A stretch of DNA of 64,000 nucleotides from an uncultured Gammaproteobacteria bacterium (GCA_965231095.1 OZ246416.1:249228-313227); one strand, 5' to 3'. Shown: positions 48,266 through 58,655, counted from the stretch's first letter. Notes: generated by a model from the sequence alone, not told the origin. Numbers and translations: made by a program.

Positions 48266-48814
48266 ATGATAAAACGCGTTTTTCTTGCTATAAATATTCC
48301 TGACGAGGTCAAGCAAAAGCTTGGTCCCATTATTGAAGAATTAAAAAAATCAAATCCGGATTACGGAATAAAATGGGTTGCGGCGGAAAATTTGCATTTG
48401 ACTCTGCACTTTTTTGGCGACTTGAATGAAAAGCAAATTGCGGCGGTGGAAGAGGGGATTTGGAAGATCACAGAGCGCACGGAATCTTTTGAAATGAAAA
48501 CAGGAAATTTCGGATGTTTTCCAAACGAACAATCGCCGCATGTATTTTTTGCTTCAGTCGGAAATTCTGACGCCATTCATACTTTTATCGGAGAACTTGA
48601 AGTGTTGCTCCAAAACTTAGGGTTTGAAGTTGATCCGCGGCCATGGCGGGGTCATCTTACTTTGGGAAGAATTAAAAATTGGTCAAATTGTAAAATTACC
48701 GGCGCGCAAATTCCTGAACTCTCTTTCGCTATTAAAAGTATTGAGTTGATGGAAAGTGAATTAACACCCGATGGATCAGTGTATTCAATAATTAAGTCAT
48801 TCCCACTGAAATGA
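48266..48814 (+). CDS. thpR: RNA 2',3'-cyclic phosphodiesterase (2H family)
   Basis: Two HxT motifs (LHLTLHF, GHLTLGR); RVFLAI. Confidence 0.92.
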   Translation: MIKRVFLAINIPDEVKQKLGPIIEELKKSNPDYGIKWVAAENLHLTLHFFGDLNEKQIAAVEEGIWKITERTESFEMKTGNFGCFPNEQSPHVFFASVGNSDAIHTFIGELEVLLQNLGFEVDPRPWRGHLTLGRIKNWSNCKITGAQIPELSFAIKSIELMESELTPDGSVYSIIKSFPLK

Positions 48815-49551
48815 AAGTTAACATCCTCGGAGTATTGATTGATAATTTAAAAAAATCCGAAGTCCTTGAGGCGGTGGAGCAATTTTTATCCGACGGACGA
48901 CAGCATTATATTGTTACGCCAAATCCGGAAATAGCGGTGGCGATGCAAAAAGATAAAGAGTTTTTAGAAATTTTAAACAAAGCCGGTCTTTCCGTACCCG
49001 ACGGCTTTGGATTAATTTTAGCTTCAAAATATTTAAGCCGTCCGCTAAAAGAGAAAATTCATGGCGTTGATTTGATGGTAGACATCTGCCGCCTCGCTGA
49101 ACAAAAAAATTATTCAGTATATCTTTTGGGCGGAGAAGAGGGGATAGCAAAGAAAGCCACGGAAAATATTTTGAAAAAATTCCCCGGGCTTAGGGTGGTC
49201 GGCGCGGAGAGCGGAGGCAAAATTACCAATTTTCAATTTTCAATTTTCAATTTTCAAAAAATTAATAATGCCAAACCCAACATTTTATTTGTGGCGCTCG
49301 GGGCGGGAAAGCAAGAAAAGTTTATCTCCCAAAATTTGGCTAAAATGCCATCGGTAAAAATTGCCATGGGGGTAGGAGGGGCGTTTGATTTTATCGCCGA
49401 AAAAGTAAAACGCGCTCCGGCTTGGATGAGAAAAATCGGATTGGAATGGCTCTGGCGGCTTTTTATACAGCCGTGGCGCTGGAGAAGAATTCTAACCGCC
49501 ACAATAAAATTTAGTTGGTTAGTCATAACAAAAGGTAAAAAATATGTTTAA
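48811..49551 (+). CDS. WecG/TagA/CpsF family glycosyltransferase
   Basis: IVTPNPE, PDGFG, VALGAGKQE, GVGGAFD, GLEWLWRL. Confidence 0.93.
   Translation: MKVNILGVLIDNLKKSEVLEAVEQFLSDGRQHYIVTPNPEIAVAMQKDKEFLEILNKAGLSVPDGFGLILASKYLSRPLKEKIHGVDLMVDICRLAEQKNYSVYLLGGEEGIAKKATENILKKFPGLRVVGAESGGKITNFQFSIFNFQKINNAKPNILFVALGAGKQEKFISQNLAKMPSVKIAMGVGGAFDFIAEKVKRAPAWMRKIGLEWLWRLFIQPWRWRRILTATIKFSWLVITKGKKYV
49227..49257. repeat. Intragenic heptamer tandem repeat (CAATTTT)x4
   Basis: Four perfect copies at 49227-49254 encoding NFQFSIFNFQ. Confidence 0.85.
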
Positions 49552-51049
49552 AAAAGAAAAAATCAGAGTCCGTATCGCGCCGTCACCAACCGGATATTTA
49601 CATATTGGAACGGCAAGAACCGCGCTTTTTAATTTTTTATTTGCCAAAAACCAGGGCGGAAAATTTATTTTACGCATTGAGGATACCGACATTGAACGAT
49701 CTGACGAAAAATTTACTAAAGAAATTATTGAAAGTTTAAAATGGCTGGGGATTGATTATGACGAGGGGCCGGACGTCGGTGGAGATTTTGGACCCTATCG
49801 ACAAAGAGAAAGATTGGAAACTTACAAAAAATATTTGCAACAATTACTGAAAGAAAATAAGGCTTATTATTGTTTTTGTTCTGAAGAAGAATTAGAGGCC
49901 GAACGCCAGGCGCAAATGAAAAGGGGAGAGGCGCCGGTTTATTCAGGACGTTGCGCAAATTTAAGCGAGGCGGAAATAAAAAAATTTATTGACGAAGGCA
50001 GGAAACCGATTATCAGATTTCGCATGTCAGATATAAAAATAATTTTTGAAGATATGATCAAGGGCGTTTTGGAATTTGAAACAAAGTTGATCGGAGATAT
50101 TGCTATCGCAAAAAATCTTGACGCCCCGCTTTATAATTTTGCCGTGGTGGTTGACGACGAAACGATGGAGATCAGCCATGTTATTCGCGGCGAAGATCAT
50201 ATTTCCAATACTCCAAAGCAAATCGCCATGATTGAAGCGCTAGGGTTTAAAAAACCAAAATATGCGCACATTCCTCTCACTCTTGCGCCGGACCGAACAA
50301 AATTATCAAAACGCCATGGAGCTACGGCAATTGCCGATTATCGCGCCATGGGCTATCTTCCCGAAGCAATGATAAATTTTATGGCCTTTATGGGCTGGAA
50401 TCCCAAAACTGACCAAGAATTTTTTACCAAGGAAGAACTGATCAAGAATTTTTCCATAGATAATATGAATAAGGCCGCGGCGATTTTCAATATTGAAAAA
50501 TTAAATTGGTTAAATGGCCATTATCTCCGCCAAATGGATTTATCCGCGCTTACCGAAAAATGCATTCCATATTTGGAAAACACAAATCTGATTGGCGGAA
50601 TAGGAAACGGTGAATGGAAAATTACAGACGGTGGGGAAACTATTATTTTTGACCAACTCAAAAAAATTATTTTCTTGGGGCAAGAAAGATTGGTAAAATT
50701 AAGCGATCTCCCGGAGCTTGTTTCTTTTTTCTTTAAAAAGGAATTGTCCTACGATAAGCAATTATTGGTTTGGAAGAAAATGACGGCGGAGGAAACCATT
50801 GGACACTTATCGGAAGTGGAAAAACTACTAACCGACATAGACGAAAAAGAATTTACAAAAGAAAATTTAGAAAAAGAAATAAAAAATTTAATAGAAAAAA
50901 ATGAACTCGGAGTGGGGGAGACACTCTGGCCGTTTAGGGTGGCCCTGACCGGGCTTAAAGCTTCGCCCCCGCCCTTTCTCGTGGCCGAGATTTTGGGAAA
51001 AGACAAAACCTTGCGAAGAATCGCTGCGGCTAAAAATTTACTGGCGTAA
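49544..51049 (+). CDS. gltX: Glutamyl-tRNA synthetase
   Basis: APSPTGYLHIG, RIEDTD, RGEDH, KLSKR. Confidence 0.97.
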   Translation: MFKKEKIRVRIAPSPTGYLHIGTARTALFNFLFAKNQGGKFILRIEDTDIERSDEKFTKEIIESLKWLGIDYDEGPDVGGDFGPYRQRERLETYKKYLQQLLKENKAYYCFCSEEELEAERQAQMKRGEAPVYSGRCANLSEAEIKKFIDEGRKPIIRFRMSDIKIIFEDMIKGVLEFETKLIGDIAIAKNLDAPLYNFAVVVDDETMEISHVIRGEDHISNTPKQIAMIEALGFKKPKYAHIPLTLAPDRTKLSKRHGATAIADYRAMGYLPEAMINFMAFMGWNPKTDQEFFTKEELIKNFSIDNMNKAAAIFNIEKLNWLNGHYLRQMDLSALTEKCIPYLENTNLIGGIGNGEWKITDGGETIIFDQLKKIIFLGQERLVKLSDLPELVSFFFKKELSYDKQLLVWKKMTAEETIGHLSEVEKLLTDIDEKEFTKENLEKEIKNLIEKNELGVGETLWPFRVALTGLKASPPPFLVAEILGKDKTLRRIAAAKNLLA

Positions 51050-51071
51050 AAAAATGTGCTATAATTAAATT

Positions 51072-52328
51072 ATGGTACAGAGGGTTAGGAAAATAGTGGT
51101 TATTTTAATGGCAATCTCGCTGATTGTTCCTTTTAATTTTTCTTTAATAAATACCGCCCGAGCGGAAGATGTCCCCGCCAATGAGCTTGTGCAGGAAATT
51201 TCTAATTTGGACAAAGAGCTTGACGCAAAAAGGAAAGAAATTGAAGCTCTGCAGAAAAAATCTGAAAGTTATAAGAAACAAATTGAATCAGCCCAGCGAA
51301 AATCGGCCAGCCTCGCGACGGAGTTGGCCATCTTGTCAAATAAAATCGCTAAAATAAAAATTGATATTGAGACTACGGAAAAAAAGATAGAAGCCATAAC
51401 CCTGGAAATACAAAATTTGGAGACGCAGATCCAAGGGAAAGAAACGGAAATAAATACAAATAAAAACAGAATTTCCGAATTTCTCCGCTTAATTTACAAA
51501 AATGACCAGAAAGGATATCTGGAAGTTATCGCGACCAACCAATCTTTTTCCGAAGTTTTTGGCCAGATGAAATATGTTGAAAATTTAGAAGCTGATTTAC
51601 AATCTTCATTAAACGAAATCCAGAAATTAAAGATGGCGCTTGAAGAACAAAAAAAACAGAGAGAAGGTAAAAGGGCGGAAGCAGAAGATTCAAAATTGGA
51701 GATGGCCAAAATGCAAAACTCTCTAGAGGAACAGATCGCGGGAAAAGAAATATTGCTTGATAAGACTGCTGCTTCGGAAAAACAATTTCAAAACTGGCTG
51801 CTGCAATCAAAATACGAAGAAGATCAAATAAATTCAGAAATTACTTCACTCGAGCGCACTATCAGGCAGCGGCTGGAAGAAAGTGATGAAGCTTTTTCTG
51901 ACGGGCAATCCGGGCCGGTCGCGCTTTCCTGGCCAGTTGACCCAAGTAGGGGAATCACGGCCACTTTTCACGATCCAGACTATCCTTACCGCTATATTTT
52001 TGAACATCCGGCAATTGATATTCGCGCTTATCAAGGAACGCAAATCAGAGCCCCGGCTCCCGGCTATGTTGCTAAAATTAAAAATGGGGGACAAAAAGGA
52101 TACAGTTATATAATGTTAATCCATGCCAATGGTATTTCCACTGTTTACGGTCATGTTTCAAAAATTAATGTTCAGGAAGACACTTATGTCATCAGGGGGC
52201 AGGTGATTGGCCTTTCCGGAGGCATGCCGGGCACTCCAGGAGCTGGCGGACTTACAACCGGGCCGCATTTACACTTTGAAGTTCGGCTTGACGGCATTCC
52301 GGTTAATCCGCTAGATTATTTGCCATAA
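51072..52328 (+). CDS. Coiled-coil M23 peptidase (EnvC-like architecture)
   Basis: Signal peptide, long coiled coil, HPAID, YGH, TGPHLHFEVR. Confidence 0.92.
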   Translation: MVQRVRKIVVILMAISLIVPFNFSLINTARAEDVPANELVQEISNLDKELDAKRKEIEALQKKSESYKKQIESAQRKSASLATELAILSNKIAKIKIDIETTEKKIEAITLEIQNLETQIQGKETEINTNKNRISEFLRLIYKNDQKGYLEVIATNQSFSEVFGQMKYVENLEADLQSSLNEIQKLKMALEEQKKQREGKRAEAEDSKLEMAKMQNSLEEQIAGKEILLDKTAASEKQFQNWLLQSKYEEDQINSEITSLERTIRQRLEESDEAFSDGQSGPVALSWPVDPSRGITATFHDPDYPYRYIFEHPAIDIRAYQGTQIRAPAPGYVAKIKNGGQKGYSYIMLIHANGISTVYGHVSKINVQEDTYVIRGQVIGLSGGMPGTPGAGGLTTGPHLHFEVRLDGIPVNPLDYLP

Positions 52329-52477
52329 AAAATATCTAATTTTAAAACCACGTTTAATCGACGTGGTTTTTTGATATTAAAAATAAGTGGGGAAGTAGCG
52401 AGTTTTCTATACGCCTTGCGTCGCACAATGTATCTTATACGACGCTCTATTATATTTATTCTTGATCCTCCTTCTAA

Positions 52478-53347
52478 TTACTTATAATAAACCCTGTCCT
52501 CAAACCTCAAATCAACATATTCCAACCCCTTCCTTGCTTCCAAATTATTTTCTCCCATGAAAGCGTTCAATTTCACAATCTGCGCATTTAAATCGTTTAT
52601 AAGCGAAAAGTACGCTGCCCAACCCTCGCCAGTCACGCATTTTATAGCCGAATCGTCCTTATCGGTCATCATAAAATTAGAAATACTAAGCCCGGTGGCG
52701 CGCGGGAAATTGTTTTGCAGGTCATTTATATCGTAAATTTCTTCCGCGGCTAAAATATTTTCCTTAATTTCCACAGTTGAATTGCTCTCATCAAAAACCG
52801 TGGCCATTTTCGCCCCAGGATTATTTACAGGGTACTCCAATACCTCTGTTTTCGGAATTTCGCGAATTATTGCGCCGTCCCAATCAACCAGATAAAGTTT
52901 CTCCGCCGATTTCCAAATTATCGCGGGCTTCTTCTCCTCCAGGGAAATTTTAATATTCCCGGGCAAACTTTTATCAATTTGTAGAAATTCCAATGAATAT
53001 TTTTCATTTAATTTTTCCGCGATACCTTTTTCATCAAAAATAAAAATATTACTCTGGCTAAAAACAAAAAATCTCCTGCTCTTCGTCTGTGCGTCAACTG
53101 CGGCGCGCATTTCGTCGTAATTTATTTTTTCCAATCCGGAAATTTCAATATTTTTTATGCCAAAATAGGGCGAGAAAAAAATAAAATAAAGCAAGCCGAG
53201 TGTAAAGATAAAAAATAATAGCGCAAGCAATTTCCCGCGCCAACTTCTTTTTTTGCCAAAATATTTGCGCAAACCCACTCCCCTTTTGCCGCCGCCAAAA
53301 AACGGGTTTGTATAGCTTTTTCTATGATAATCTTTTATCCTCCCCAT
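52478..53347 (-). CDS. ftsQ: Cell division protein FtsQ/DivIB-like (POTRA)
   Basis: Single TM, FSPYF.IKNIEISG, C-terminal YVDLRF.DRVY. Confidence 0.8.
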   Translation of the reverse strand: MGRIKDYHRKSYTNPFFGGGKRGVGLRKYFGKKRSWRGKLLALLFFIFTLGLLYFIFFSPYFGIKNIEISGLEKINYDEMRAAVDAQTKSRRFFVFSQSNIFIFDEKGIAEKLNEKYSLEFLQIDKSLPGNIKISLEEKKPAIIWKSAEKLYLVDWDGAIIREIPKTEVLEYPVNNPGAKMATVFDESNSTVEIKENILAAEEIYDINDLQNNFPRATGLSISNFMMTDKDDSAIKCVTGEGWAAYFSLINDLNAQIVKLNAFMGENNLEARKGLEYVDLRFEDRVYYK

Positions 53348-53451
53348 GCGCGCTTCATTATGTGTCGTAAAATACTAATACTCTTTTGTCTTTATATTTT
53401 TATTTTACAGACTAAAGTCTGCCTGCTGATCTCCACTTTGGAGTCCACCCT

Positions 53452-54582
53452 TTAGGGTGTAATCCTCTGAATCAACGGGTTAATTCTTGTCACCACTTCG
53501 TAATTTATCGTTCCGATTTTTCCCGCTAAATCTTCCGCGGTTATTTCTTCTTTTCCTTGCCGGCCGAGGAGTACGACTTCGTCCTCAAGTTCTATTTTTT
53601 CCACGTCAGTGACGTCAATAATAATCATATTCATGCAAACGCGGCCTAAAACTTTACATCTTTTTCCGCGAATTAAAACGTTTCCAACATTTGAAAGTTT
53701 ACGGTCATAGCCGTCGTAATAGCCAATCGGTAAAATGGCGATTTTTGAATCGCGACTCGTGCGTTCACTTAAACCATAACCAATCGGTGTACCGGACGGA
53801 ATATTTTTAATCTGCGCAACGATCGTTTTCCATGTCAACGCTGGCTTTAATTCTAATTCCAGATTTTTATTTTTTGCCACAGCTTTTGTTTCTTTCGAAG
53901 ACCAAAGTCCATACATACTAATCCCAAGCCGCACCATTTCAAAACGCGTTTCAGGAAATAAAATTGTGGCCGCGGAACAGGCCGTGTGCCGAAGCGGAAT
54001 TTCCGCACCAACTTTATTTAAAATTTCCGCGGCGCGGGAAAACGCCGAAAGTTGCTCCATGGCAAAACTTGAATCGGTTGTGTCTTCAATGTTGGCGTAG
54101 TGAGTAGAAATCCCCTGAATCTCAATTGAGGGAAATTGTTTTATAAATTTTACAAAATCGGCCAGATCTTTTTCCAAAACTCCTTGCCGCGCCGTGCCGG
54201 TCTCAATTTTAATATGAACTTTTGGATTTAAATTTGGATTGTGAATGGGAATTTTTCCAAGTTTTTCGATCGTTTCCTTGTTATAAACTGTCAAACTGAT
54301 ATTATTTTTTACCGCCTCTTTTAAATCTTTTAATTCCGTGTAACCCAAAATTAAAATCGGTTTTTTGATAGCGACTTGCCGCAATTTCATGGCTTCAGCA
54401 AACGAGTCCACGCCAAGCCAATCAACTTTATCAGAAATAACGCCGGCCACTTCAATTAAGCCATGACCATAAGCGTTGGCTTTCACCACGCCCATTATTT
54501 TAATTTGTTCACCAATTAATTTTTTAAACTGCTCCAGATTATGGAGCAAGTTATTTTTATTTATTTCAATCCAAGTTTTCAT
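53452..54582 (-). CDS. alr: Alanine racemase
   Basis: VVKANAYGHG, HIKIETG..RQG, GYYDGY, GRVCM; ATG at 54582. Confidence 0.96.
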   Translation of the reverse strand: MKTWIEINKNNLLHNLEQFKKLIGEQIKIMGVVKANAYGHGLIEVAGVISDKVDWLGVDSFAEAMKLRQVAIKKPILILGYTELKDLKEAVKNNISLTVYNKETIEKLGKIPIHNPNLNPKVHIKIETGTARQGVLEKDLADFVKFIKQFPSIEIQGISTHYANIEDTTDSSFAMEQLSAFSRAAEILNKVGAEIPLRHTACSAATILFPETRFEMVRLGISMYGLWSSKETKAVAKNKNLELELKPALTWKTIVAQIKNIPSGTPIGYGLSERTSRDSKIAILPIGYYDGYDRKLSNVGNVLIRGKRCKVLGRVCMNMIIIDVTDVEKIELEDEVVLLGRQGKEEITAEDLAGKIGTINYEVVTRINPLIQRITP

Positions 54583-54590
54583 TATCAAAT

Positions 54591-55883
54591 TTATTTTTTC
54601 GCCCTTATCACTTTCACCCCGCAATATTTTTGTAAAACTTTTGGAATTTTTACGCTGCCATCTTTTTGCTGATAATTTTCCAAAATGGCAATCAGGATTC
54701 TCGGCGTTGCAATGACCGTATTATTCAACGTATAAACCAATTCCGTTTTTCCATCTTTATTTTTATATTTAATATTCAGTCGGCGCGCCTGCCAGTCGGT
54801 CAAATTGGAATCGGAATGCGTTTCGCCATAAAAATTCCGCGCTGCCATGGACGGCATATATGTCTCTATATCATACATTTTATATTTTCCCGTTCCCATG
54901 TCGCCGGTTGATAATTGCACCACGCGGTATGGAAGCCCAAGGTCAGAGAGCATTTCCTCGGCAATTCCGCGCATTTTTTCCAGCCACTCCAATGATTCTT
55001 CCAAATTATTTTTGCAAAGCACAACTTGCTCAACTTTCATAAACTCATGAATCCGATAGAGTCCCTTTGTATCTTTTCCATAGCTTCCGATTTCCGAGCG
55101 ATAACACGGAGAAAAGCCGCAAACTTTTATTGGCAAATCTTTTTCTTCCAAAGTTTTGTCGGAAAAATAGGCGAGGAGCGACGGCTCAGAAGTACCGGCC
55201 AAAAAAGTTTCTTCTTTTGTACTTCCGTCGGAGAGTCGTCCGGGATTTCCGATCTGGTAAATTTCATCTTTTCCTTCAGGGAAATGCCCGCTGCCCAAAA
55301 GCGCAAATTCACGAAGCAAGGTCGGCGTCGTCATTAAGTCAAATCCGTGTTTTTTCATTTTGTTAATCGCGAGCCAAAGCAGGGCAAAATGCAAAAGAAC
55401 AGCTTCATTTTTTAAATAATAGCCGCGATAGCCGGAAGTTTTTGCCCCGGCCTCGAGATCTAGTAAATCTAATTCTTTCCCGAGGGTAATATGGTCTTTT
55501 GGTTCAAAATTAAATTTTGGCAACTTCCCGTGGCGAGAAATTTCTTTGTTCGCACTATCGTCGGGTCCGACTGGCGTGTCGGCCGAATAAATATTTGGAA
55601 CTAAAAGCATTAGATCATAATATTCTTTTTCTACTTCAGCGAGCCTCGCGTCCATCTCTTTAATTTTTCCGCTCAACTCTTTCAAGGCCGCTATCTCTTC
55701 CGGTCCGGGTTTTGTTTTTGACCGCTTATTCAAATCAGCTTTAAATTTTTCTACTTCAGAAATTAAATTCCGCCGCGCCTCATCGGCTGCGAGCAATTTA
55801 TCAATATCAACCTTGCTGTTTTTATTTTTTGCCACCTCTTTTATCAACTCCGAATTTTCTCTGATAAATTTTATGTCCATCAT
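54591..55883 (-). CDS. serS: Seryl-tRNA synthetase
   Basis: GTSE, CYRSEIG..GKDTKGLYRIHEFMKVE, LNNT. Confidence 0.97.
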   Translation of the reverse strand: MMDIKFIRENSELIKEVAKNKNSKVDIDKLLAADEARRNLISEVEKFKADLNKRSKTKPGPEEIAALKELSGKIKEMDARLAEVEKEYYDLMLLVPNIYSADTPVGPDDSANKEISRHGKLPKFNFEPKDHITLGKELDLLDLEAGAKTSGYRGYYLKNEAVLLHFALLWLAINKMKKHGFDLMTTPTLLREFALLGSGHFPEGKDEIYQIGNPGRLSDGSTKEETFLAGTSEPSLLAYFSDKTLEEKDLPIKVCGFSPCYRSEIGSYGKDTKGLYRIHEFMKVEQVVLCKNNLEESLEWLEKMRGIAEEMLSDLGLPYRVVQLSTGDMGTGKYKMYDIETYMPSMAARNFYGETHSDSNLTDWQARRLNIKYKNKDGKTELVYTLNNTVIATPRILIAILENYQQKDGSVKIPKVLQKYCGVKVIRAKK

Positions 55884-55887
55884 AAAT

Positions 55888-56301
55888 TTATTTATTCAAA
55901 ATTTTAGACGATTTATATTTTTTTGGCTTGTAAGATTTTAATCTGAAAATTTTTGCTTCCACTCCCCTTCTCTGCAATTCTGCCGAAAAATTTTTCGGCG
56001 CGCCTTGATCATAACCCAAGCAAATCACTCCTGGTTTATATTTTAAAATAATTTTATACCAATCAAATTTATCGCCCAAAACCGCTTCATCCACAAGTTT
56101 TATCGCGCCAACCATTTCCCGCCGCGCCCGTTCATCAAGTTTTGGAAAAAATCCTTTTATTTTTTTAACCGTCTCGTCGCGTGCAATTACCACAACCAAA
56201 TAGCGCCCTAGTTTTTTTGCCTGCCGAAAAAAAGAAAGGTGGCCGGGATGCAAAATCGCAAAAGTGCCGAAAACCATTACTTTCTTTCCGGTCTTGGACA
56301 T
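55888..56301 (-). CDS. FAD synthase RibL-like cytidylyltransferase family protein
   Basis: FGTFAILHPGH, VVIARD, ICLGYDQ, KSSKI. Confidence 0.8.
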   Translation of the reverse strand: MSKTGKKVMVFGTFAILHPGHLSFFRQAKKLGRYLVVVIARDETVKKIKGFFPKLDERARREMVGAIKLVDEAVLGDKFDWYKIILKYKPGVICLGYDQGAPKNFSAELQRRGVEAKIFRLKSYKPKKYKSSKILNK

Positions 56302-56302
56302 A

Positions 56303-57778
56303 TTATTTATTTTCCGGTTTTAGGGTTGGAAATAAAATTACTTCTTTAATATTGTGCGAATTTGTAAGAAGCGCGGTCAACCGGTCAATTCCCATTCCGA
56401 GTCCGGCGGTCGGCGGCATGCCGTGTTCCAGGGCGGCAATGAAATCTTCATCTATTCTCATTGCTTCCTCGTCTCCGGCGGTGCGCATTTTCTGTTGAGA
56501 CTCAAATCTTTCCCGCTGATCAATTGGATCGTTTAATTCGGAAAAGGCATTCATTAATTCCGTGCCGGCCACGAGTAACTGAAATCTTTCCACATACCGC
56601 GGATCGCCTGAAACTTTTTTGGCAAGCGGTGAAAGTTCAATCGGATGGTTAATGACAAAAATCGGATTAACAATTTTTGGCCGGACAACTTTTTTAAAAA
56701 TCTCATCCATTATTTTTCCTCGGTCGTCGGAGGGCAAAATTTCCAAACCTAACTCCCGAGCTTTTTTAGCCATGTTTTCGCGATCGGGATATTGCTCAAT
56801 GTCGCAGCCGCCAAACTTTATTAAAATATCCCGGAAAGTAATTCGCTCATAAGGCGGCGTAAAATCAATCGTGTCTTTTTCATAAACTGTTTTCATTTCT
56901 CCGCCATTTGTTTTTTTCATTAAATAAACAAAAAACTTTTCCATCATTTTCATCAAATCCTGGTAATCGGCGTAGGCGCGATAAAGTTCAACTTGGGTAA
57001 ATTCCGGATTATGCGACCAATCAATTCCTTCATTTCTAAAACATCTGGCAATCTCAAAAACTTTTTCAAATCCTCCGACCACGAGTTTTTTTAAATAAAG
57101 TTCCGGGGCAACGCGAAGATAAAAATCGGTATCAAGAGCGTTGTGGTGCGTGATAAATGGTCTGGCCGTCGCTCCTCCGGGAATAGGCTGGAGAATCGGA
57201 GTTTCCACTTCCATAAATCCATCGCGCTCCAAAAAATCTTTAATGGTTTTTATAATTAAACTCCTTTTCTTAAAAATTTCCCGAACGCTCGGGTTCGCGA
57301 TCAAATCCAAATATCTCTGGCGATAACGAATTTCCACGTCAGAGAGCCCATGCCACTTTTCCGGTAGCGGCGCTAAAGTTTTAGTTAAAAGTTTCAACGC
57401 TTCCACTTCCAAGGTTTTCTCGCCGGTTTTTGTCGTGAAAAGCGTTCCTTTTACCCGGACGAAATCACCGATGTCAACTAATTCTTTAAAAAATTTATAT
57501 GGTTTCGCGCCAAAATGATCTTCGCGAAAAAACAATTGGATTATTCCGGTTTCGTCTTCCAAATTGGCAAAAGCCGAGCCGCCGTGAAGCCGGACACTTT
57601 TCAGCCGCCCAACCAAAGAAATCATCTTTTTCCCGGCGCTGAATTTATCAAAATTATCCAAAACTTGGCTTACCAAATGGCTTCGTTTGGCAGTCGAAGG
57701 ATATGGATTAACTTTTTGTTGCCTAATTTCCTTTAATTTTTCCAATCTGGCTAGCCGTTCGTCGGTTGATTTTTCCAT
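56303..57778 (-). CDS. lysS: Lysyl-tRNA synthetase (class II)
   Basis: RYRQRYLDL, GGATARPF, FRNEG, HGMPPTAGLGMGIDR. Confidence 0.97.
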   Translation of the reverse strand: MEKSTDERLARLEKLKEIRQQKVNPYPSTAKRSHLVSQVLDNFDKFSAGKKMISLVGRLKSVRLHGGSAFANLEDETGIIQLFFREDHFGAKPYKFFKELVDIGDFVRVKGTLFTTKTGEKTLEVEALKLLTKTLAPLPEKWHGLSDVEIRYRQRYLDLIANPSVREIFKKRSLIIKTIKDFLERDGFMEVETPILQPIPGGATARPFITHHNALDTDFYLRVAPELYLKKLVVGGFEKVFEIARCFRNEGIDWSHNPEFTQVELYRAYADYQDLMKMMEKFFVYLMKKTNGGEMKTVYEKDTIDFTPPYERITFRDILIKFGGCDIEQYPDRENMAKKARELGLEILPSDDRGKIMDEIFKKVVRPKIVNPIFVINHPIELSPLAKKVSGDPRYVERFQLLVAGTELMNAFSELNDPIDQRERFESQQKMRTAGDEEAMRIDEDFIAALEHGMPPTAGLGMGIDRLTALLTNSHNIKEVILFPTLKPENK

Positions 57779-57902
57779 ATTTTTAAGGTTGTTTTAAACA
57801 ATTTATTGCTTTAATTTTATCTTAATTTAAGAATAATGTCAAAATTTTAATTTGCGAAAAATATCCTATTTGGTAAGATAAAAATTAAGGAGGGAGTAAA
57901 CA

Positions 57903-58070
57903 ATGACAAAAGGCAAAAAATCGCCAAGGATAGCACGGCGATGGGCAAAGGCCTTGAAGACATACGGCGCGAGAAGCTGGAGGGAGCTCACCCCAGAGGA
58001 ACGGTTCGCGGCCTACGAGAGAGGGCTTCACTACTGGCAAAATCAGGAGGGCACACTTCCTCTGAGCTGA
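57903..58070 (+). CDS. Small basic orphan (55 aa, missed by the ORF track)
   Basis: SD AAGGAGGG; MTKGKKSPRIARRWAK...WRELTPEERFAAY...LPLS*. Confidence 0.55.
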   Translation: MTKGKKSPRIARRWAKALKTYGARSWRELTPEERFAAYERGLHYWQNQEGTLPLS

Positions 58071-58181
58071 CGGAGACAAAAACCGGCGAATCCAAAAATG
58101 GAAACGCCGGAATTTTTTATATAAAAAAGAGCACCGATTTGTAGTCGATGCTCGGATTCGGGAAAGCGGCGCGCGGGCCGC

Positions 58182-58529
58182 CTACTTCGCCAGGTGCAAA
58201 TCGATCCGGCAGAAGCCCATCTCCTCGCGCTCCTCGGGCGTATTGGGCGTCGTCGCCACCTCGATCTTCTCGCCCTCGAGCTGCATGGCCGCGATGATCT
58301 CGCAGATCTTGACCAAAAGCGGCTCATCGCCACTCTCAGAATTGTCATCGAATTTCCGATGGGTCCACCCACCCCCCTGTCCCCCACCCACGATGAGGAT
58401 CTGGCTGCGGCCGAAGAGACGGACGGCGTTCAGAGCGTTCGTCACTACTTCCGGCTCGATCGTGCCGCGAATGCCGAACGCCGCCGGTTTCTGGCGCAAG
58501 GCCAACTGAAGTACGAGTTTCTGACCCAT
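58182..58529 (-). CDS. GC-rich orphan protein (115 aa)
   Basis: SD GAAGGAGG, TTGACA promoter, C/G-ending codons. Confidence 0.65.
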   Translation of the reverse strand: MGQKLVLQLALRQKPAAFGIRGTIEPEVVTNALNAVRLFGRSQILIVGGGQGGGWTHRKFDDNSESGDEPLLVKICEIIAAMQLEGEKIEVATTPNTPEEREEMGFCRIDLHLAK

Positions 58530-58655
58530 TCCCCTTCCTCCTTCTTTTCCTCAAAGTTGAGGATTTTATAGCTTAAAATATTTACACCCTTTTGTCAAGA
58601 GATAACAAAAGCCAGGTCAAATGACCTGGCCAATCTTTTAATTACCCACTACTCA

